From: a bacterium
Lineage (GTDB): Bacteria > Patescibacteriota > Minisyncoccia > Phycocordibacterales > Phycocordibacteraceae
Length of the DNA: 64,000 nt
Assembly (NCBI GenBank): GCA_023269085.1
Contig: JAHFML010000001.1
Coordinates: forward strand, 108,578 to 172,577
Reading direction: 5' to 3'
Part shown: positions 8,712-18,760 of the stretch, piece after piece
Layout of the letters: every line of letters starts with the position of its first letter
Numbering within the stretch: the stretch's first letter is position 1
Translations under genes and position numbers: made by a program
Notes under the pieces: generated by a model
What the model was told of the DNA's origin: nothing
What the model saw: only the letters and a program-made list of their open reading frames with translations
Databases searched by the model: none

Positions 8712-9959
8712 ATGGGGTCTGATGCACTCACCTATCCGTTCATCTTTATCGCACTCTACTTCGAGTCGTTCATGCTCGTAACCTTCCTCTCTTCTCCTGC
8801 CCGCGCGCGCCGTGAGTGCGGGGCAACTGTCGTGCCCCTCGAATCGACTCCGCAGGTCGCCGTTATCGTCCCTTGCTGGAACGAAGAAGCGACCGTCGCT
8901 GGCACTGTCGAGTCCCTGCTTGCGCTCGACTATCCCGTCGACCGGCTCTCCCTCATCCTTATCAACGACGGTTCGACGGACGGCACTGGCGCCGTTATCG
9001 ACCGCTTCGCCCTTCACCCGCAGATCACCGCGCTCCACAAAGAGAACGGCGGCAAGTACACCGCGATGAATATCGGCGTTGACTACGCCAAGGACGCCGA
9101 GTTTATCGGCTTCCTCGACGCCGATTCCTTCGTTGCACCGGACTCGCTCCGCGAGATCGTCGCGAGTTTCGCCGAGCCGGGACTCTCGGCGGTCACGGCC
9201 TCGATGTCCATTCACGAGCCGCAGACGATCCTCCAGCGCATGCAATATGCCGAATACTCTCTTGCTATCACACTCCGCCACGTCTTCGCTTCGATCAACG
9301 GACTCTATGTCACACCCGGACCATTCTCCTTCTATCGCCGCTCGGTGCTGAGAGAGCTCGGCCCATTCAAGCACGCCCACCTCGCTGAGGATATGGAGAT
9401 GGCGATGCGCCTCCAACGCGCGGGCCACTCGATCGGCAACGCACTCCGCGCACGCGTCTACACCAAGGGCCCGACAACGCTCCCCAAGCTCGTCAAGCAG
9501 CGCACCCGCTGGACGACCGGTTTCTTGCGTAATGTCCTCTTCGACTATCGCGACTTGCTCTGGTCCAGGCAAAATCCCGTGCTCGGCTTCCTCATCCTGC
9601 CGCTCGGCCTCGTCGCGATAGTGGGCGGCATCCTTATCTTTTTCATCGCACTCACCGAGTTCGCACAGCGACTCCTCCACATGCTCTCGCTCGCTGGCGT
9701 CGCCCCGCTCTCCTACGCCTTCACCCTGCACCCCTTCAGCTGGTTCTATCTTCCCATTACGACCGTCGTCCTTATCGGCTTCGTGCTTACCTTGAGCACT
9801 TTTATCTGGATGTCGCTCGGCAAGAACCTCTCGAAGACACCTGGCCGGCTCCTGCCGAATCTGCTCGTCTATATTATGCTCTACGGCATCGTCGCGCCCG
9901 TGTGGCTTATCAATTCGATTTCGCACGTCGCGCGTGGCACCCGTACCGCGTGGCGCTGA
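8712..9959 (+). CDS. family 2 glycosyltransferase (membrane-integrated, processive-type)
   Basis: VAVIVPCWNEE…LILINDGSTDGT, a DAD motif, the QRTRWTTG (QxxRW) motif and multiple C-terminal TM helices. Confidence 0.8.
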   Translation: MGSDALTYPFIFIALYFESFMLVTFLSSPARARRECGATVVPLESTPQVAVIVPCWNEEATVAGTVESLLALDYPVDRLSLILINDGSTDGTGAVIDRFALHPQITALHKENGGKYTAMNIGVDYAKDAEFIGFLDADSFVAPDSLREIVASFAEPGLSAVTASMSIHEPQTILQRMQYAEYSLAITLRHVFASINGLYVTPGPFSFYRRSVLRELGPFKHAHLAEDMEMAMRLQRAGHSIGNALRARVYTKGPTTLPKLVKQRTRWTTGFLRNVLFDYRDLLWSRQNPVLGFLILPLGLVAIVGGILIFFIALTEFAQRLLHMLSLAGVAPLSYAFTLHPFSWFYLPITTVVLIGFVLTLSTFIWMSLGKNLSKTPGRLLPNLLVYIMLYGIVAPVWLINSISHVARGTRTAWR

Positions 9960-9979
9960 TTATTTCCTAAATCACTATC

Positions 9980-10654
9980 ATGTCGCTCTTCACTCGAAAT
10001 GCTATCATCGCTCTCGTCATCGCTCTCGGCATTACCGGCACGATTATCTATGCGGTTAGTTATTTGAATCGTGCGCGCATCGCCGAGCTCTCGACCATCG
10101 AGGACCAGCTCTCTATCGACACACTCTCCCTCGACACACAGTTCTCTCTGCTCGAAGCCGCGCCCTGCGAGAGCTCGGCGACATCGACCACGCTCACGAG
10201 TGAGCTCTCTGATCTCGGCAACCGCCTCTCCTATGCCGAGGACCAACTCGGAAGCGACAATCAACAAGTCATTCGGCTCAAGGAGCAATATTCTCTGCTT
10301 GAGATCCGCGACTACCTTATCAACAAACAACTTGCCGCCGCCTGCGGGACGAAGCCCGTCACCGTCCTCTACTTCTACAGCAATAAAAAAGGAACGTGTG
10401 CTGATTGCGACAAAGCCGGCTACGCACTCTCCTATCTACACACCACTTATCCCGCGCTCCGCGTCTACTCCTTCGACTATAATCTCGACCTCGGTGCCCT
10501 AAAGACGCTCATTGCACTTCTCAAGATCGACAACGACCTGCCCGCCTTCGTAATTAACGGTAAACATTCTTCTGGCTTCACCTCCCTCGCCGATCTCGAG
10601 AAGCAATTCCCCAAGGGCGCCCTCGCGACGACTACTACTCCTACTAAGAAGTAA
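9980..10654 (+). CDS. hypothetical membrane-anchored protein
   Basis: N-terminal TM (AIIALVIALGITGTIIYAV), a coiled-coil-like middle and a CADCDK Cys pair. Confidence 0.4.
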   Translation: MSLFTRNAIIALVIALGITGTIIYAVSYLNRARIAELSTIEDQLSIDTLSLDTQFSLLEAAPCESSATSTTLTSELSDLGNRLSYAEDQLGSDNQQVIRLKEQYSLLEIRDYLINKQLAAACGTKPVTVLYFYSNKKGTCADCDKAGYALSYLHTTYPALRVYSFDYNLDLGALKTLIALLKIDNDLPAFVINGKHSSGFTSLADLEKQFPKGALATTTTPTKK

Positions 10655-10680
10655 CGAAGTCTGACTTCGTTACTTCACTT

Positions 10681-10756
10681 TGGAGCCGGAGGTCGGGCTC
10701 GAACCGACGACCTGCTCATTACAAGTGAGCTGCTCTACCATCTGAGCTACTCCGGC
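10681..10756 (-). tRNA. tRNA-Thr (anticodon UGU), CCA encoded
   Basis: The minus-strand read GCCGGAGTAGCTCAGATGGTAGAGCAGCTCACTTGTAATGAGCAGGTCGTCGGTTCGAGCCCGACCTCCGGCTCCA folds as a cloverleaf with anticodon loop CTTGTAA. Confidence 0.9.
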
Positions 10757-10770
10757 TTTTTCTCCCGCTA

Positions 10771-11178
10771 TTATTCTACATCAGAAATCTCGGGATGCGT
10801 CGCACTAAGCGTCTCTTTGAAATCTGACAAGGTCTTCACAAACTCGCGCGCATTCTCGCGCGGCGCGGCGTTCTCGGCGCCCTTCACTCTGAAGTGCCGC
10901 ACCGCGCGCGTGAGCAGACGCTCGGCGGCGCGGACGGTCTGGAGCGAGAGATTCGCAACTGCGTGACCGATGCGAGTGAACGCGAGATTGACCTCCTCCT
11001 TGGCAAAGGCGGCAAGGTCGACATGCGCGATGATGAAGGCGGCGCGATCCGCCTGAGTATCGAGCCACGCGCGCGTCGCGGCGCAGACGCGCGAGCCGCG
11101 TCGCCTTTCATAGCGCGTAAGAACGACAAAGCCGATGATGACCGCGAGCGAGAGACCGAAAGCGATCAGATGCCCCAT
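10771..11178 (-). CDS. hypothetical small membrane protein
   Basis: N-terminal TM (LIAFGLSLAVIIGFVVL). It lies immediately downstream of tsf on the same strand. Confidence 0.35.
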   Translation of the reverse strand: MGHLIAFGLSLAVIIGFVVLTRYERRRGSRVCAATRAWLDTQADRAAFIIAHVDLAAFAKEEVNLAFTRIGHAVANLSLQTVRAAERLLTRAVRHFRVKGAENAAPRENAREFVKTLSDFKETLSATHPEISDVE

Positions 11179-11182
11179 GACT

Positions 11183-11764
11183 CTAGCGCGTCGAGAGCCG
11201 CGCGAAGCCGCCGATGATGACGCGCTCTCCGAACTTCTGCGTCGCTTCGTTCAAAAGATCACGGATAGTCTTGGTCTCATCCTTGATGAAGGTCTGCTCG
11301 GTGAGCACCTGATCGCGGAAGTAGCTCGCAAGCTTCCCCTCGAGAATCTTGGCCTGCATGTCCGCGGGCTTGTCGGCGACCTCCTTCTCGAATACGGCAG
11401 TCGCGGTGTCACGCGCCTCCTGTGGGATGTCTTCGATCGTCGCATAGGCTGGCTCCGTCGCGGCGACCTGCATCGCGACCTCGCGCGCGAGCGCTACGAA
11501 CTCGGGGTTCTTGGCGACGAAGTCCGTCTCGCAAGAGAGGATGACCATCGCGCCGACCGCACCCTCGTGCACATAGCTCCCGATAGCGCCCGCACCGAGC
11601 GTGCGATCAGACTTCTTGTCGGCACTCGCGGCAGAGTGCTTCTTCAAGATGACCTCTGCTTGAGCGACATCGCCCTGAGCCTCTTCGAGCGCCTTCTTGC
11701 ACTGCATGATAGAGACGCCGGTCTTGTCGCGCAATTCTTTTATGATGTTGGTCGTGATTTCCAT
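11183..11764 (-). CDS. tsf: elongation factor Ts (short form)
   Basis: The N-terminal UBA-like motif (ITTNIIKELRDKTGVSIMQCKKALEEAQGDVAQAEVILKK) and the dimerisation core both match EF-Ts. Confidence 0.9.
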   Translation of the reverse strand: MEITTNIIKELRDKTGVSIMQCKKALEEAQGDVAQAEVILKKHSAASADKKSDRTLGAGAIGSYVHEGAVGAMVILSCETDFVAKNPEFVALAREVAMQVAATEPAYATIEDIPQEARDTATAVFEKEVADKPADMQAKILEGKLASYFRDQVLTEQTFIKDETKTIRDLLNEATQKFGERVIIGGFARLSTR

Positions 11765-11847
11765 GAAAATATTCAGGTTCTAGGCTTTAGGCACTAGGAA
11801 TTAGGAATAATAAAAAGTATAGCATTTCTTCTGCTAGCGCCTCGTGC

Positions 11848-12546
11848 TTAGGCGACCTGCCCAGCCTTGAAGGCGGCGATCAGATCCGCAAGCAAGACCT
11901 TTACCGTCTCGCGCGATGCGTCGTTGGCGACAACCGGATAGGTCGCGTCCTTCACATTGCAATCAGAGCTCATAATGGCGATAATCGGGATGCCGGCCTC
12001 GCGCGCCTCCTTGACCGCATACTTCTCGTGCTTGGTGTCGACGACGAGGAGCGCGTCGGGGCGCTTAGTGAGCGTGATGACGCCATCGAGGCGCGTCTCG
12101 AGCTTCGTCTTCTCGCGGTCCATCATGACGAGCTCGAGCTTGGTGTGACTCTTCGCGTGCGCGCTCATCGCGGTCGGGTCAGAGAGCTCGGCGAGCCTAT
12201 CCACGCGCTTCTTAATCTCAACCCAATTAGAAATAGTGCCGCCGAGCCAGCGCGTCGCGACATAGGGCGCCGCGATCTCGAGCGCAGCTTTCTTCACGAG
12301 GGCGGCCGTCTCGACCTTCCCGCCAACGAAGAGGATCGTCTTGCCCTCCTTCGCGAGCGTCGTCATCACCGCCTTTGCCGCGTCGAGCTGTTCGGTCGTC
12401 TTCACGAGGTCGAAAATCTCCTGGCGGCCCTTGGTCCCCACGAGATAGGGCTTCATCGAGGGGTGGCGACGCGCCTTCACCTGCGCGAAATGCGCCCCCG
12501 TATCGAAGAGGCGCTTCACTCCTGCCGTATCACTTCCTGTCGTCAT
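11848..12546 (-). CDS. rpsB: 30S ribosomal protein S2
   Basis: 232 aa with the S2 signature region (…KPYLVGTKGRQEIFDLVKT…). Sits immediately upstream of tsf, the conserved rpsB-tsf order. Confidence 0.95.
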   Translation of the reverse strand: MTTGSDTAGVKRLFDTGAHFAQVKARRHPSMKPYLVGTKGRQEIFDLVKTTEQLDAAKAVMTTLAKEGKTILFVGGKVETAALVKKAALEIAAPYVATRWLGGTISNWVEIKKRVDRLAELSDPTAMSAHAKSHTKLELVMMDREKTKLETRLDGVITLTKRPDALLVVDTKHEKYAVKEAREAGIPIIAIMSSDCNVKDATYPVVANDASRETVKVLLADLIAAFKAGQVA

Positions 12547-12683
12547 TATGTGGCTACTCTACCCGATTCCCTCTCATAACGCAAGCAAACCTGTACAAAA
12601 GAGAGACCTTGTGGCATCCTTACGCTGGATGTACGAATCCCTCATACCGAGGGTCTTGAAATCGTCATGTTAGGAGAAAAACC

Positions 12684-13397
12684 ATGACAAATTCGTTAGT
12701 TTGGAAGAAGCGGGCAATCACACCGAAGATGCTCCACTGGACACTACTGATCTCGGCCTATCTCGGCGCCTTCATGCTCAACATGTGGATTGGTGTCGCT
12801 GAACTTAACGACATGGCAACTTTGGGTCTATTTTTGGTGGTTGCCCCACCGTGCCTCGTCTTCTTCGGCTTCGGCGGCGACAAGTTCAAGAAACCCTTGG
12901 CGTTGACTTTACTTGCGGCATTTCTGGCACCGTTCGTTCATGTCGCCGACTATGAACATCACGAGACGGTATGGATTGTCGGCGACAAAACGACCTTGTC
13001 GAACAGCGTGCTTATGCGCTCGCCGTTCGCGCCGTTCGCAAGGAGCGTCACGCTCGACAAGACGACCAGCATCGACGCCGTGGCCACTACCCGTGACAGC
13101 AAACGGGTCGTCGGCACGGTGCAGATGACCATGCGCATGACAACTGACGAGCGCGAGCTCATCAACGCCACACAAGGACTGGCAGATCCTGATAAAGACA
13201 TCAGCGGTGCACTCAAGAAGATTCTTGCCGAGTCTTTCGCTAATGCCGTTCGAGGCCGCTCGCTCGTTGAGCTTCAATCTGGGAATCTACAAGTCGAGTT
13301 TGACACCGGCAATGCGCTCAAGCTCCAGCATCTCGGCGTATTGCGTAACGGCGCCGTTGTCGTGTCAGACCTGCATGCGTTCTTTCGCGACAGGTAG
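12684..13397 (+). CDS. hypothetical membrane protein
   Basis: Two predicted TM helices, then a varied soluble domain. Followed by a clear intrinsic terminator. Confidence 0.4.
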   Translation: MTNSLVWKKRAITPKMLHWTLLISAYLGAFMLNMWIGVAELNDMATLGLFLVVAPPCLVFFGFGGDKFKKPLALTLLAAFLAPFVHVADYEHHETVWIVGDKTTLSNSVLMRSPFAPFARSVTLDKTTSIDAVATTRDSKRVVGTVQMTMRMTTDERELINATQGLADPDKDISGALKKILAESFANAVRGRSLVELQSGNLQVEFDTGNALKLQHLGVLRNGAVVVSDLHAFFRDR

Positions 13398-13412
13398 TAC
13401 CGTCGCTTGCAA

Positions 13413-13445
13413 CGGGCCGCCCTCAGTGGCGGCCCGTTTTATTTT
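13413..13445 (+). terminator. rho-independent terminator: CGGGCCGCC-ctcagt-GGCGGCCCG then TTTTATTTT
   Basis: A 9-bp GC stem with a 6-nt loop and a T-tract, directly after the 12684..13397 CDS. It abuts the prfA stop on the other strand. Confidence 0.6.
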
Positions 13446-14379
13446 ATTGCTGTTGCTGTGCCGCCGAGCCGAGCGCGGCGACGATTGCGTCGAGGTCGCC
13501 CGCCATAATTTTGGGCAAGTTGTGCCACGACTCTTTGAGCCGGTGGTCGGTGATGCGATCTTGGAGGAAATTGTAGGTGCGGATCTTCTCTGAGCGGTCG
13601 GCGGTGCCTATCTGCTCCTTGCGTTCGGCCGCATGCTTCCGCGCTTGTTCCTCTTCGTGCAATTGTTCGAGCTTCGCAGTGAGGATCTGCAAGGCCTTCT
13701 CGCGGTTCGCGAGCTGGCTCCGCTCGCTCGAGCTCCGCACGTCGATGCCAGTCGGGCGATGGATGAGCCGTACCGCCGTCTCGACCTTGTTCACGTTCTG
13801 CCCGCCTGCGCCGCCCGAGCGCGAGAACTCCATATCGAGATCGCTCGGGTTGATGACCATCTTCGACTTCGCGCGGATAGGCAGGACGGCGACCGACGCG
13901 GTCGAGGTGTGGATTCTTCCTGATTTTTCGGTCAAGGGCACTCGCTGGACGCGATGCACGCCGGTCTCATAGCGAAGCGCATCATACGCGCCGTCGCCCG
14001 CGACCTCGAGCGTGAGGTCGTCGATGACGCGCGTCTTCCAGCCCTTCCCCTCCGCATACTTCTGATACATTTCCTTCAACTCATGCGCGAAGATGGACGC
14101 TTCGTCGCCACCCGCGCCCGCGCGCAGCTCCATCACGACCGAGATCGGCGCGGCTGTTTCTTCTTGATCATTCTCTTTTGCCATGATCTGCGCTATCTCG
14201 GCAAGAATCGCGGCTTGACGCTCTTTGAGACGCACTTCATCATCAGCGGCCATCGCCGCAAGCTCGTCGTCGCTCCCTGCCACCGTGCGCGCTTCGCCCA
14301 TCTCGGTATCGAGACGCTCATATTCCTCCGCGAGATACGCGGTCGCAAAGTTCTTCTTGAATTCAGGCGAGTAGTCCAC
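13444..14379 (-). CDS. prfA: peptide chain release factor 1 (N-terminally shortened)
   Basis: GGQ motif ([18 protein letters not shown]), RF1-type tripeptide region ([15 protein letters not shown]-x-T) and [11 protein letters not shown]. Confidence 0.85.
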   Translation of the reverse strand: MDYSPEFKKNFATAYLAEEYERLDTEMGEARTVAGSDDELAAMAADDEVRLKERQAAILAEIAQIMAKENDQEETAAPISVVMELRAGAGGDEASIFAHELKEMYQKYAEGKGWKTRVIDDLTLEVAGDGAYDALRYETGVHRVQRVPLTEKSGRIHTSTASVAVLPIRAKSKMVINPSDLDMEFSRSGGAGGQNVNKVETAVRLIHRPTGIDVRSSSERSQLANREKALQILTAKLEQLHEEEQARKHAAERKEQIGTADRSEKIRTYNFLQDRITDHRLKESWHNLPKIMAGDLDAIVAALGSAAQQQQ

Positions 14380-14631
14380 CTACTTCTTCGCCGAGGCGCG
14401 CTGCTTGAACTTCTCGACGCGGCCGGCCTTGTCGAGCGTGCGCTCTTCGCCCGTGTAAAAGGGATGCGACTGCGAGCTGATCTCGACCGTCAGCTTCGCA
14501 TACTCCTTACCGTCATCCCACTTTGCGGTCTCGCTCGTGCGGACCGTCGAGCCAATCAGGAAGCGTGCGCCCGAGGCGATATCTTCGAAAATAACCTGCT
14601 TATAACTCTCTGGGTGAATGCCTTGTTTCAT
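14380..14631 (-). CDS. rpmE: 50S ribosomal protein L31 (type B, no Zn-binding Cys)
   Basis: MKQGIHPESYKQVIFED…HPFYTG matches L31. No CxxC motifs. Confidence 0.9.
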   Translation of the reverse strand: MKQGIHPESYKQVIFEDIASGARFLIGSTVRTSETAKWDDGKEYAKLTVEISSQSHPFYTGEERTLDKAGRVEKFKQRASAKK

Positions 14632-14652
14632 TCCGTCTATCCTAGCACACCC

Positions 14653-16035
14653 TTATCCGCCATTCAACTGATTGATATTCATTTGGAACCGCGCCGCGAA
14701 TTCCATCACCCCATCGCCATAGAAGGTATAGGCCTTTTTCGACGCACCTCCCCACCCGGCGAAGTAGCGAAGTGCCGCGAGACGCTCGGCAGAGGGCGTC
14801 CGCGCATCGGCGCCATTGTCGGCCATGAGCATCGCGGTCGCCATGATAGCATCGCGAGCGCTCCAGGGGTTGCTCGGCGACGACCCGCCGACAAGCTTCC
14901 GCACGCGATCCTTGCTCGCGACATACTGCCACGGTCCAGCCCAGAAGGCGTTCGCATTCCCTGAGGGCGAGCAGGTGTTCGTGTTGACATTCAAAAAACC
15001 GCCGAAACAAACCCACGTCGAGGGGATGAATTGCCCCGGCCCCATTGCGCCGCCCCAGCCGTACCACGGCTTCTTCGAGACCGGCATCTTGTTGGGGTCG
15101 AAGCCGAGCGCGCCGGTGATATAAACGAAGACGGGTTGATCGCGTGCGGGCGACATATCGACCTTCCATGAGCCGGTACCGAGATTCTCGCCAAGATTCG
15201 TCTCCTGCTTCAAGACACCAAGAATAACCGCGGCACGCACGCCCGTCGCCTTCTCGGCAGACTGTGCATATGCGAGCGCGGTACCGAAGGGGATTGCTGC
15301 GGAGTCGCGCAGAGTGAAGAGTTCGGAGCGGATCTGCGCGGCGGTCTTCTGATTGCTCGCGATGAGCTTCTGAAAGTTCGCTTCGAGACCCTTCGTTTGT
15401 GCCAGGAACTTCTGCTTATCCCTCTCTTGCGCCCGCACCTGCTGTTCGGCGAGCTTGGCTACCGTACGAAGCTGTTCTTGTTCAGAGAGCCGCGCCTGGA
15501 GCGCCTCCTTCTCGCTCTCGGTCGACGAGCTCGTCTTCTGAATCTGATTGAAAGAATTTTGGAGCGAGCTCTTAATCGACGTGAATGCGTCGAGATCCCT
15601 GAAGAATGCCGAGACGCCCTGCGAGCCGAGCGCCACATTCACGACCGAATAATCGTCGAGGGTCTGGGTCTGACGCATGATCTGCGAGAGCGACTCCTTC
15701 TCGGCGGAGAGCTGACTCGCGAGACTCTCAAGCGTCCGATCATGTACACCAATATCGCCATTCAACTGCGTAATAGTGAGATTGATCGCTTGTATCTGAA
15801 GCTGAGTCTTCTTGATTTCTGCATTGAAAGCGTTGATCTGCGTCTGGAGCGTCTGATGCTGGCTCTGTGCCGTGTCGAGAAGCTGTTGCTGACTCGCGAT
15901 TTGGCTCTCGAGCGAGTCAAGCTGACTCTGGAGCTGCTGCTGACGACTCGCGACTGCTCCGGTCGCATCTTGTGCAAACGTACTCGCGGGAGCGAGTAGA
16001 AAAGCACCGATTACAAAAAATAAAAACCGACTCAT
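14653..16035 (-). CDS. secreted coiled-coil protein with a C-terminal lytic transglycosylase (SLT/MltB-like) domain
   Basis: Signal peptide MSRFLFFVIGAFLLAPASTFA, a Gln-rich coiled coil of about 200 aa, then AVILGVLKQETNLG…GAMGPGQFIPSTW, a lytic transglycosylase family 3 signature. Confidence 0.7.
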   Translation of the reverse strand: MSRFLFFVIGAFLLAPASTFAQDATGAVASRQQQLQSQLDSLESQIASQQQLLDTAQSQHQTLQTQINAFNAEIKKTQLQIQAINLTITQLNGDIGVHDRTLESLASQLSAEKESLSQIMRQTQTLDDYSVVNVALGSQGVSAFFRDLDAFTSIKSSLQNSFNQIQKTSSSTESEKEALQARLSEQEQLRTVAKLAEQQVRAQERDKQKFLAQTKGLEANFQKLIASNQKTAAQIRSELFTLRDSAAIPFGTALAYAQSAEKATGVRAAVILGVLKQETNLGENLGTGSWKVDMSPARDQPVFVYITGALGFDPNKMPVSKKPWYGWGGAMGPGQFIPSTWVCFGGFLNVNTNTCSPSGNANAFWAGPWQYVASKDRVRKLVGGSSPSNPWSARDAIMATAMLMADNGADARTPSAERLAALRYFAGWGGASKKAYTFYGDGVMEFAARFQMNINQLNGG

Positions 16036-16065
16036 CGTTCGGTCATTTTAGCACGCCCTTTTTGG

Positions 16066-16692
16066 TTAGGCTTCTGGTGCTGCCTCCTCTTTACCCTTCT
16101 TCTCGACTTGCACCGACGAGATGTCCGCCGGTGCCGCTTCTTCTTTCTCCTCGACGACCTCCTGCGCGAGCGCGATGACCTCCTCGGGCTCGCCCGCGAG
16201 CACGACGCCGGCCGGGAGCTTGAGCGCACCGGCATGGATCTGATCGCCGATTACTGCAAGACTCGTGAGATCAACCTCGATCGCGTGCGGGAGACTCATC
16301 GGGTCGGCCTCGACTTCGATCTCGTGAAGAACTTTGACGAGATTCGCGCCGTTCTCGACCGCGAGCGACTCGCCAACGAACTCGAGCGGGATAGCGACCT
16401 TCACCTTCTCGCCCTTGGTCACCGCGTAGAAGTCGATATGGCGCGGGCGGCTCATGATAGGGTCGAAGTCGACCTCGTGGATCAAGGTCGGGAGTGCGGC
16501 GCCAAGGCCGGTGAGCGAGACGATGGTCGCCTCGCCGGCATCCTTCAAGACCTTCTCGAAGGCGCGACTGTCGACCGTAATCGAGGTCGCCTCATGCTTG
16601 CCACCATAGACCACCGCCGGCAGAGCGCCGGTGCGGCGAATATTCGCCGGTGTTACCGCGAGATCGCGCTTCTCTGCCGCAAGAGTCAACAT
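16066..16692 (-). CDS. rplY: 50S ribosomal protein L25/general stress protein Ctc
   Basis: LTLAAEKRDLAVTPANIRRTGALPAVVYGGKHE matches the L25 N-terminal domain. The acidic, Glu/Ala-rich C-terminal tail is typical of Ctc-form L25. Confidence 0.85.
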   Translation of the reverse strand: MLTLAAEKRDLAVTPANIRRTGALPAVVYGGKHEATSITVDSRAFEKVLKDAGEATIVSLTGLGAALPTLIHEVDFDPIMSRPRHIDFYAVTKGEKVKVAIPLEFVGESLAVENGANLVKVLHEIEVEADPMSLPHAIEVDLTSLAVIGDQIHAGALKLPAGVVLAGEPEEVIALAQEVVEEKEEAAPADISSVQVEKKGKEEAAPEA

Positions 16693-16730
16693 ATATCGGA
16701 GTATGCCCTACTCTCCCTTTTTCTGCAACT

Positions 16731-17723
16731 TCACCGGACCGCCGCTGAAGCGGCGGAGAGACGGGAGAGGAAGGCCGCACGGGCGGCGGGGACATTCTCA
16801 GCCTTGCCCTGCCAAGCGGCGAGAGCGTCCTCTTGGAGCGCGCGGGCATAGGAGAAAGTGAGCGGCCACGGCGCGCCCGTCGCATGAGCCTCTTTCGTTA
16901 TGGCGGCGAGATTGTCAGCCGCTTGATCAGGCGTCTGCCCGCCGGAGAGGAAGACGATACCGGCGATCTGCGACGGTACGCTCTCACGCAATGCGGCGAC
17001 GGTGTTAGCGGCAACCTCTTCGGGTGTGTCCCGCTTCCCGCTCTCCTTCCCCGAGAGAACCATCGAGGTCTTGAGGATGAGACTCGCGCGATCGACTGCG
17101 TGCTCGTCGAGTATCGCGAAGAGGACGCTGAGCGTCTCGGTCAAGACAGCGCGCGACTTCTGGCGGCTATGCTTCCCCTCGTAGAGCACCTCTGGCTCGA
17201 GTATCGGCACAAGACCGGCGCTCTGCACCGCCTTCGCATAGTTCGCGAGGCGCTTTGCGTTCTCGTGGAGTGCGATACTGCTTGGCAATTGATCGCCGTC
17301 GATACGGACAACCGCGCGCCACTTGGTGAACGTGGCTCCTTGCGCTTTGTAGGCAACGAGTCGCTCGGGCAAATCAAGGAGGCCTTGCGTCAGGAGCTCG
17401 TCAGGGCTCTGGGGGAAAGGCTCAGTACCGAGGTCGACCTTGATCCCGGGCGCGATGCCGCGCGAAGCAAGCGACGCGGGGAAGAGCTCCTCGTCGTCAC
17501 CCTTCTCGCCGAGCGAATCTGAAAAGAGGATGACGCCCGAGAGATATTGTTCAATGCCCTCGGCGCCAAAGAAGAGATCGCGATACTGCCGCCGCATCTC
17601 AGCACTCGTCGCGATGCCACAGGCCGCGAGCCGCGCGGTCGCCGTGTGCACGCTCTCATCTGCGGCGAGGATACCCTTGCCGGGCGCGAAGAGCGAGCGA
17701 GCCTGCGTAACAAGATCAATCAT
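16731..17723 (-). CDS. fructose-bisphosphate aldolase, class I
   Basis: GKGILAADES… is the class I FBA Schiff-base-type motif. Start placed at MIDLVTQ. Confidence 0.85.
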   Translation of the reverse strand: MIDLVTQARSLFAPGKGILAADESVHTATARLAACGIATSAEMRRQYRDLFFGAEGIEQYLSGVILFSDSLGEKGDDEELFPASLASRGIAPGIKVDLGTEPFPQSPDELLTQGLLDLPERLVAYKAQGATFTKWRAVVRIDGDQLPSSIALHENAKRLANYAKAVQSAGLVPILEPEVLYEGKHSRQKSRAVLTETLSVLFAILDEHAVDRASLILKTSMVLSGKESGKRDTPEEVAANTVAALRESVPSQIAGIVFLSGGQTPDQAADNLAAITKEAHATGAPWPLTFSYARALQEDALAAWQGKAENVPAARAAFLSRLSAASAAVR

Positions 17724-17770
17724 CTTCTTATAGTAGCACGCACAGGGGCGCATGTTACACTAGCCGGTAT

Positions 17771-18760
17771 ATGAACCTAGACTTCATCGCTATCGGCGAC
17801 ACGACCGTCGACGAATTTATCAAGTTGCACGAAGCGCACGTCAACTGCTCGCTCAATCACGAGGAGTGCACTATCTCGATGAAGTGGGGCGACAAGATCC
17901 CCTACGAGTTCTCGGTGCTTGTGCCCGCGGTCGGCAACGCGGCGAACGCGGCCGTCGCGGCCGCGCGGCTCGGGCTCTCTTCGGGCTTTATCTCAAATGT
18001 CGGCAATGACGCGTATGGCGATAAGGTGCTCGAGACGCTCGCGCAAGAGCACGTCGACACGACCCACATCGCCGTGAACGCGGGCGTCCCGACCAACCAT
18101 CATTATGTCTTATGGTACGAATCCGAACGCACCATTCTCATTCGTCACGAGGCGTACCCCTATATTGTGCCGATTGGATTTGAAGCGCCGAAGTGGATCT
18201 ATCTCTCTTCGATCGGCGATCATTCTGAAGCCTTTCATGATGCACTCGTCGCGTGGCTCGTCGAGCACCCCGAGACGAAACTCGCCTTCCAGCCCGGGAC
18301 CTTCCAGATGTCCATGGGCAAAACCGCGCTCGCAGAGATGTACCGTCACACCGAGCTTGTCGCGTGTAATAAAGAAGAAGCCGAGCGCATTCTCGAGCTC
18401 GGCGAGACACCGATTGCTGAGCTTCTCACGGGTATGAAAGATCTTGGGCCGAAGCTTGTGCTCATCACCGATGGGCCGAGTGGCGCCTACTCCTATGACG
18501 GCACTACGATGTTGAAGGTGCCGATGTACCCTGACCCGCGCGACCCCTTCGAGCGGACCGGAGCCGGCGACGCCATGACCTCAACGGTCGTCGCGGCGCT
18601 CGCGCTCGGCCTCCCGCTTTACGAAGCACTGCTCTGGGGCCCTATCAATGCGATGGCGGTCGTGCAGGAGATTGGCGCACAGAAAGGCCTCCTCTCGCGC
18701 GACGCACTCAAGAAGTATCTCGATGAGGCGCCTGCTGAATACCGCGTTACTCCTCTCTAG
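17771..18760 (+). CDS. PfkB-family carbohydrate kinase
   Basis: Ribokinase-fold N-terminal Gly motif (IGDTTVD) and C-terminal TGAGDAMTS (GAGD anion-hole motif). Confidence 0.8.
   Translation: MNLDFIAIGDTTVDEFIKLHEAHVNCSLNHEECTISMKWGDKIPYEFSVLVPAVGNAANAAVAAARLGLSSGFISNVGNDAYGDKVLETLAQEHVDTTHIAVNAGVPTNHHYVLWYESERTILIRHEAYPYIVPIGFEAPKWIYLSSIGDHSEAFHDALVAWLVEHPETKLAFQPGTFQMSMGKTALAEMYRHTELVACNKEEAERILELGETPIAELLTGMKDLGPKLVLITDGPSGAYSYDGTTMLKVPMYPDPRDPFERTGAGDAMTSTVVAALALGLPLYEALLWGPINAMAVVQEIGAQKGLLSRDALKKYLDEAPAEYRVTPL

Noticed and set aside
8691-9926. 411-aa minus-strand ORF antisense to the GT2 gene
   Set aside because: Extremely acidic, Arg-rich low-complexity translation. The plus-strand GT2 has all the catalytic motifs.
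11765-11847. Four-fold TAGG periodicity (ctAGGctttAGGcactAGGaattAGGaat) between rpsB and tsf
   Set aside because: Short and in a normal intergenic leader. It could be chance or a weak ribosome-binding element, with too little information to call a feature.
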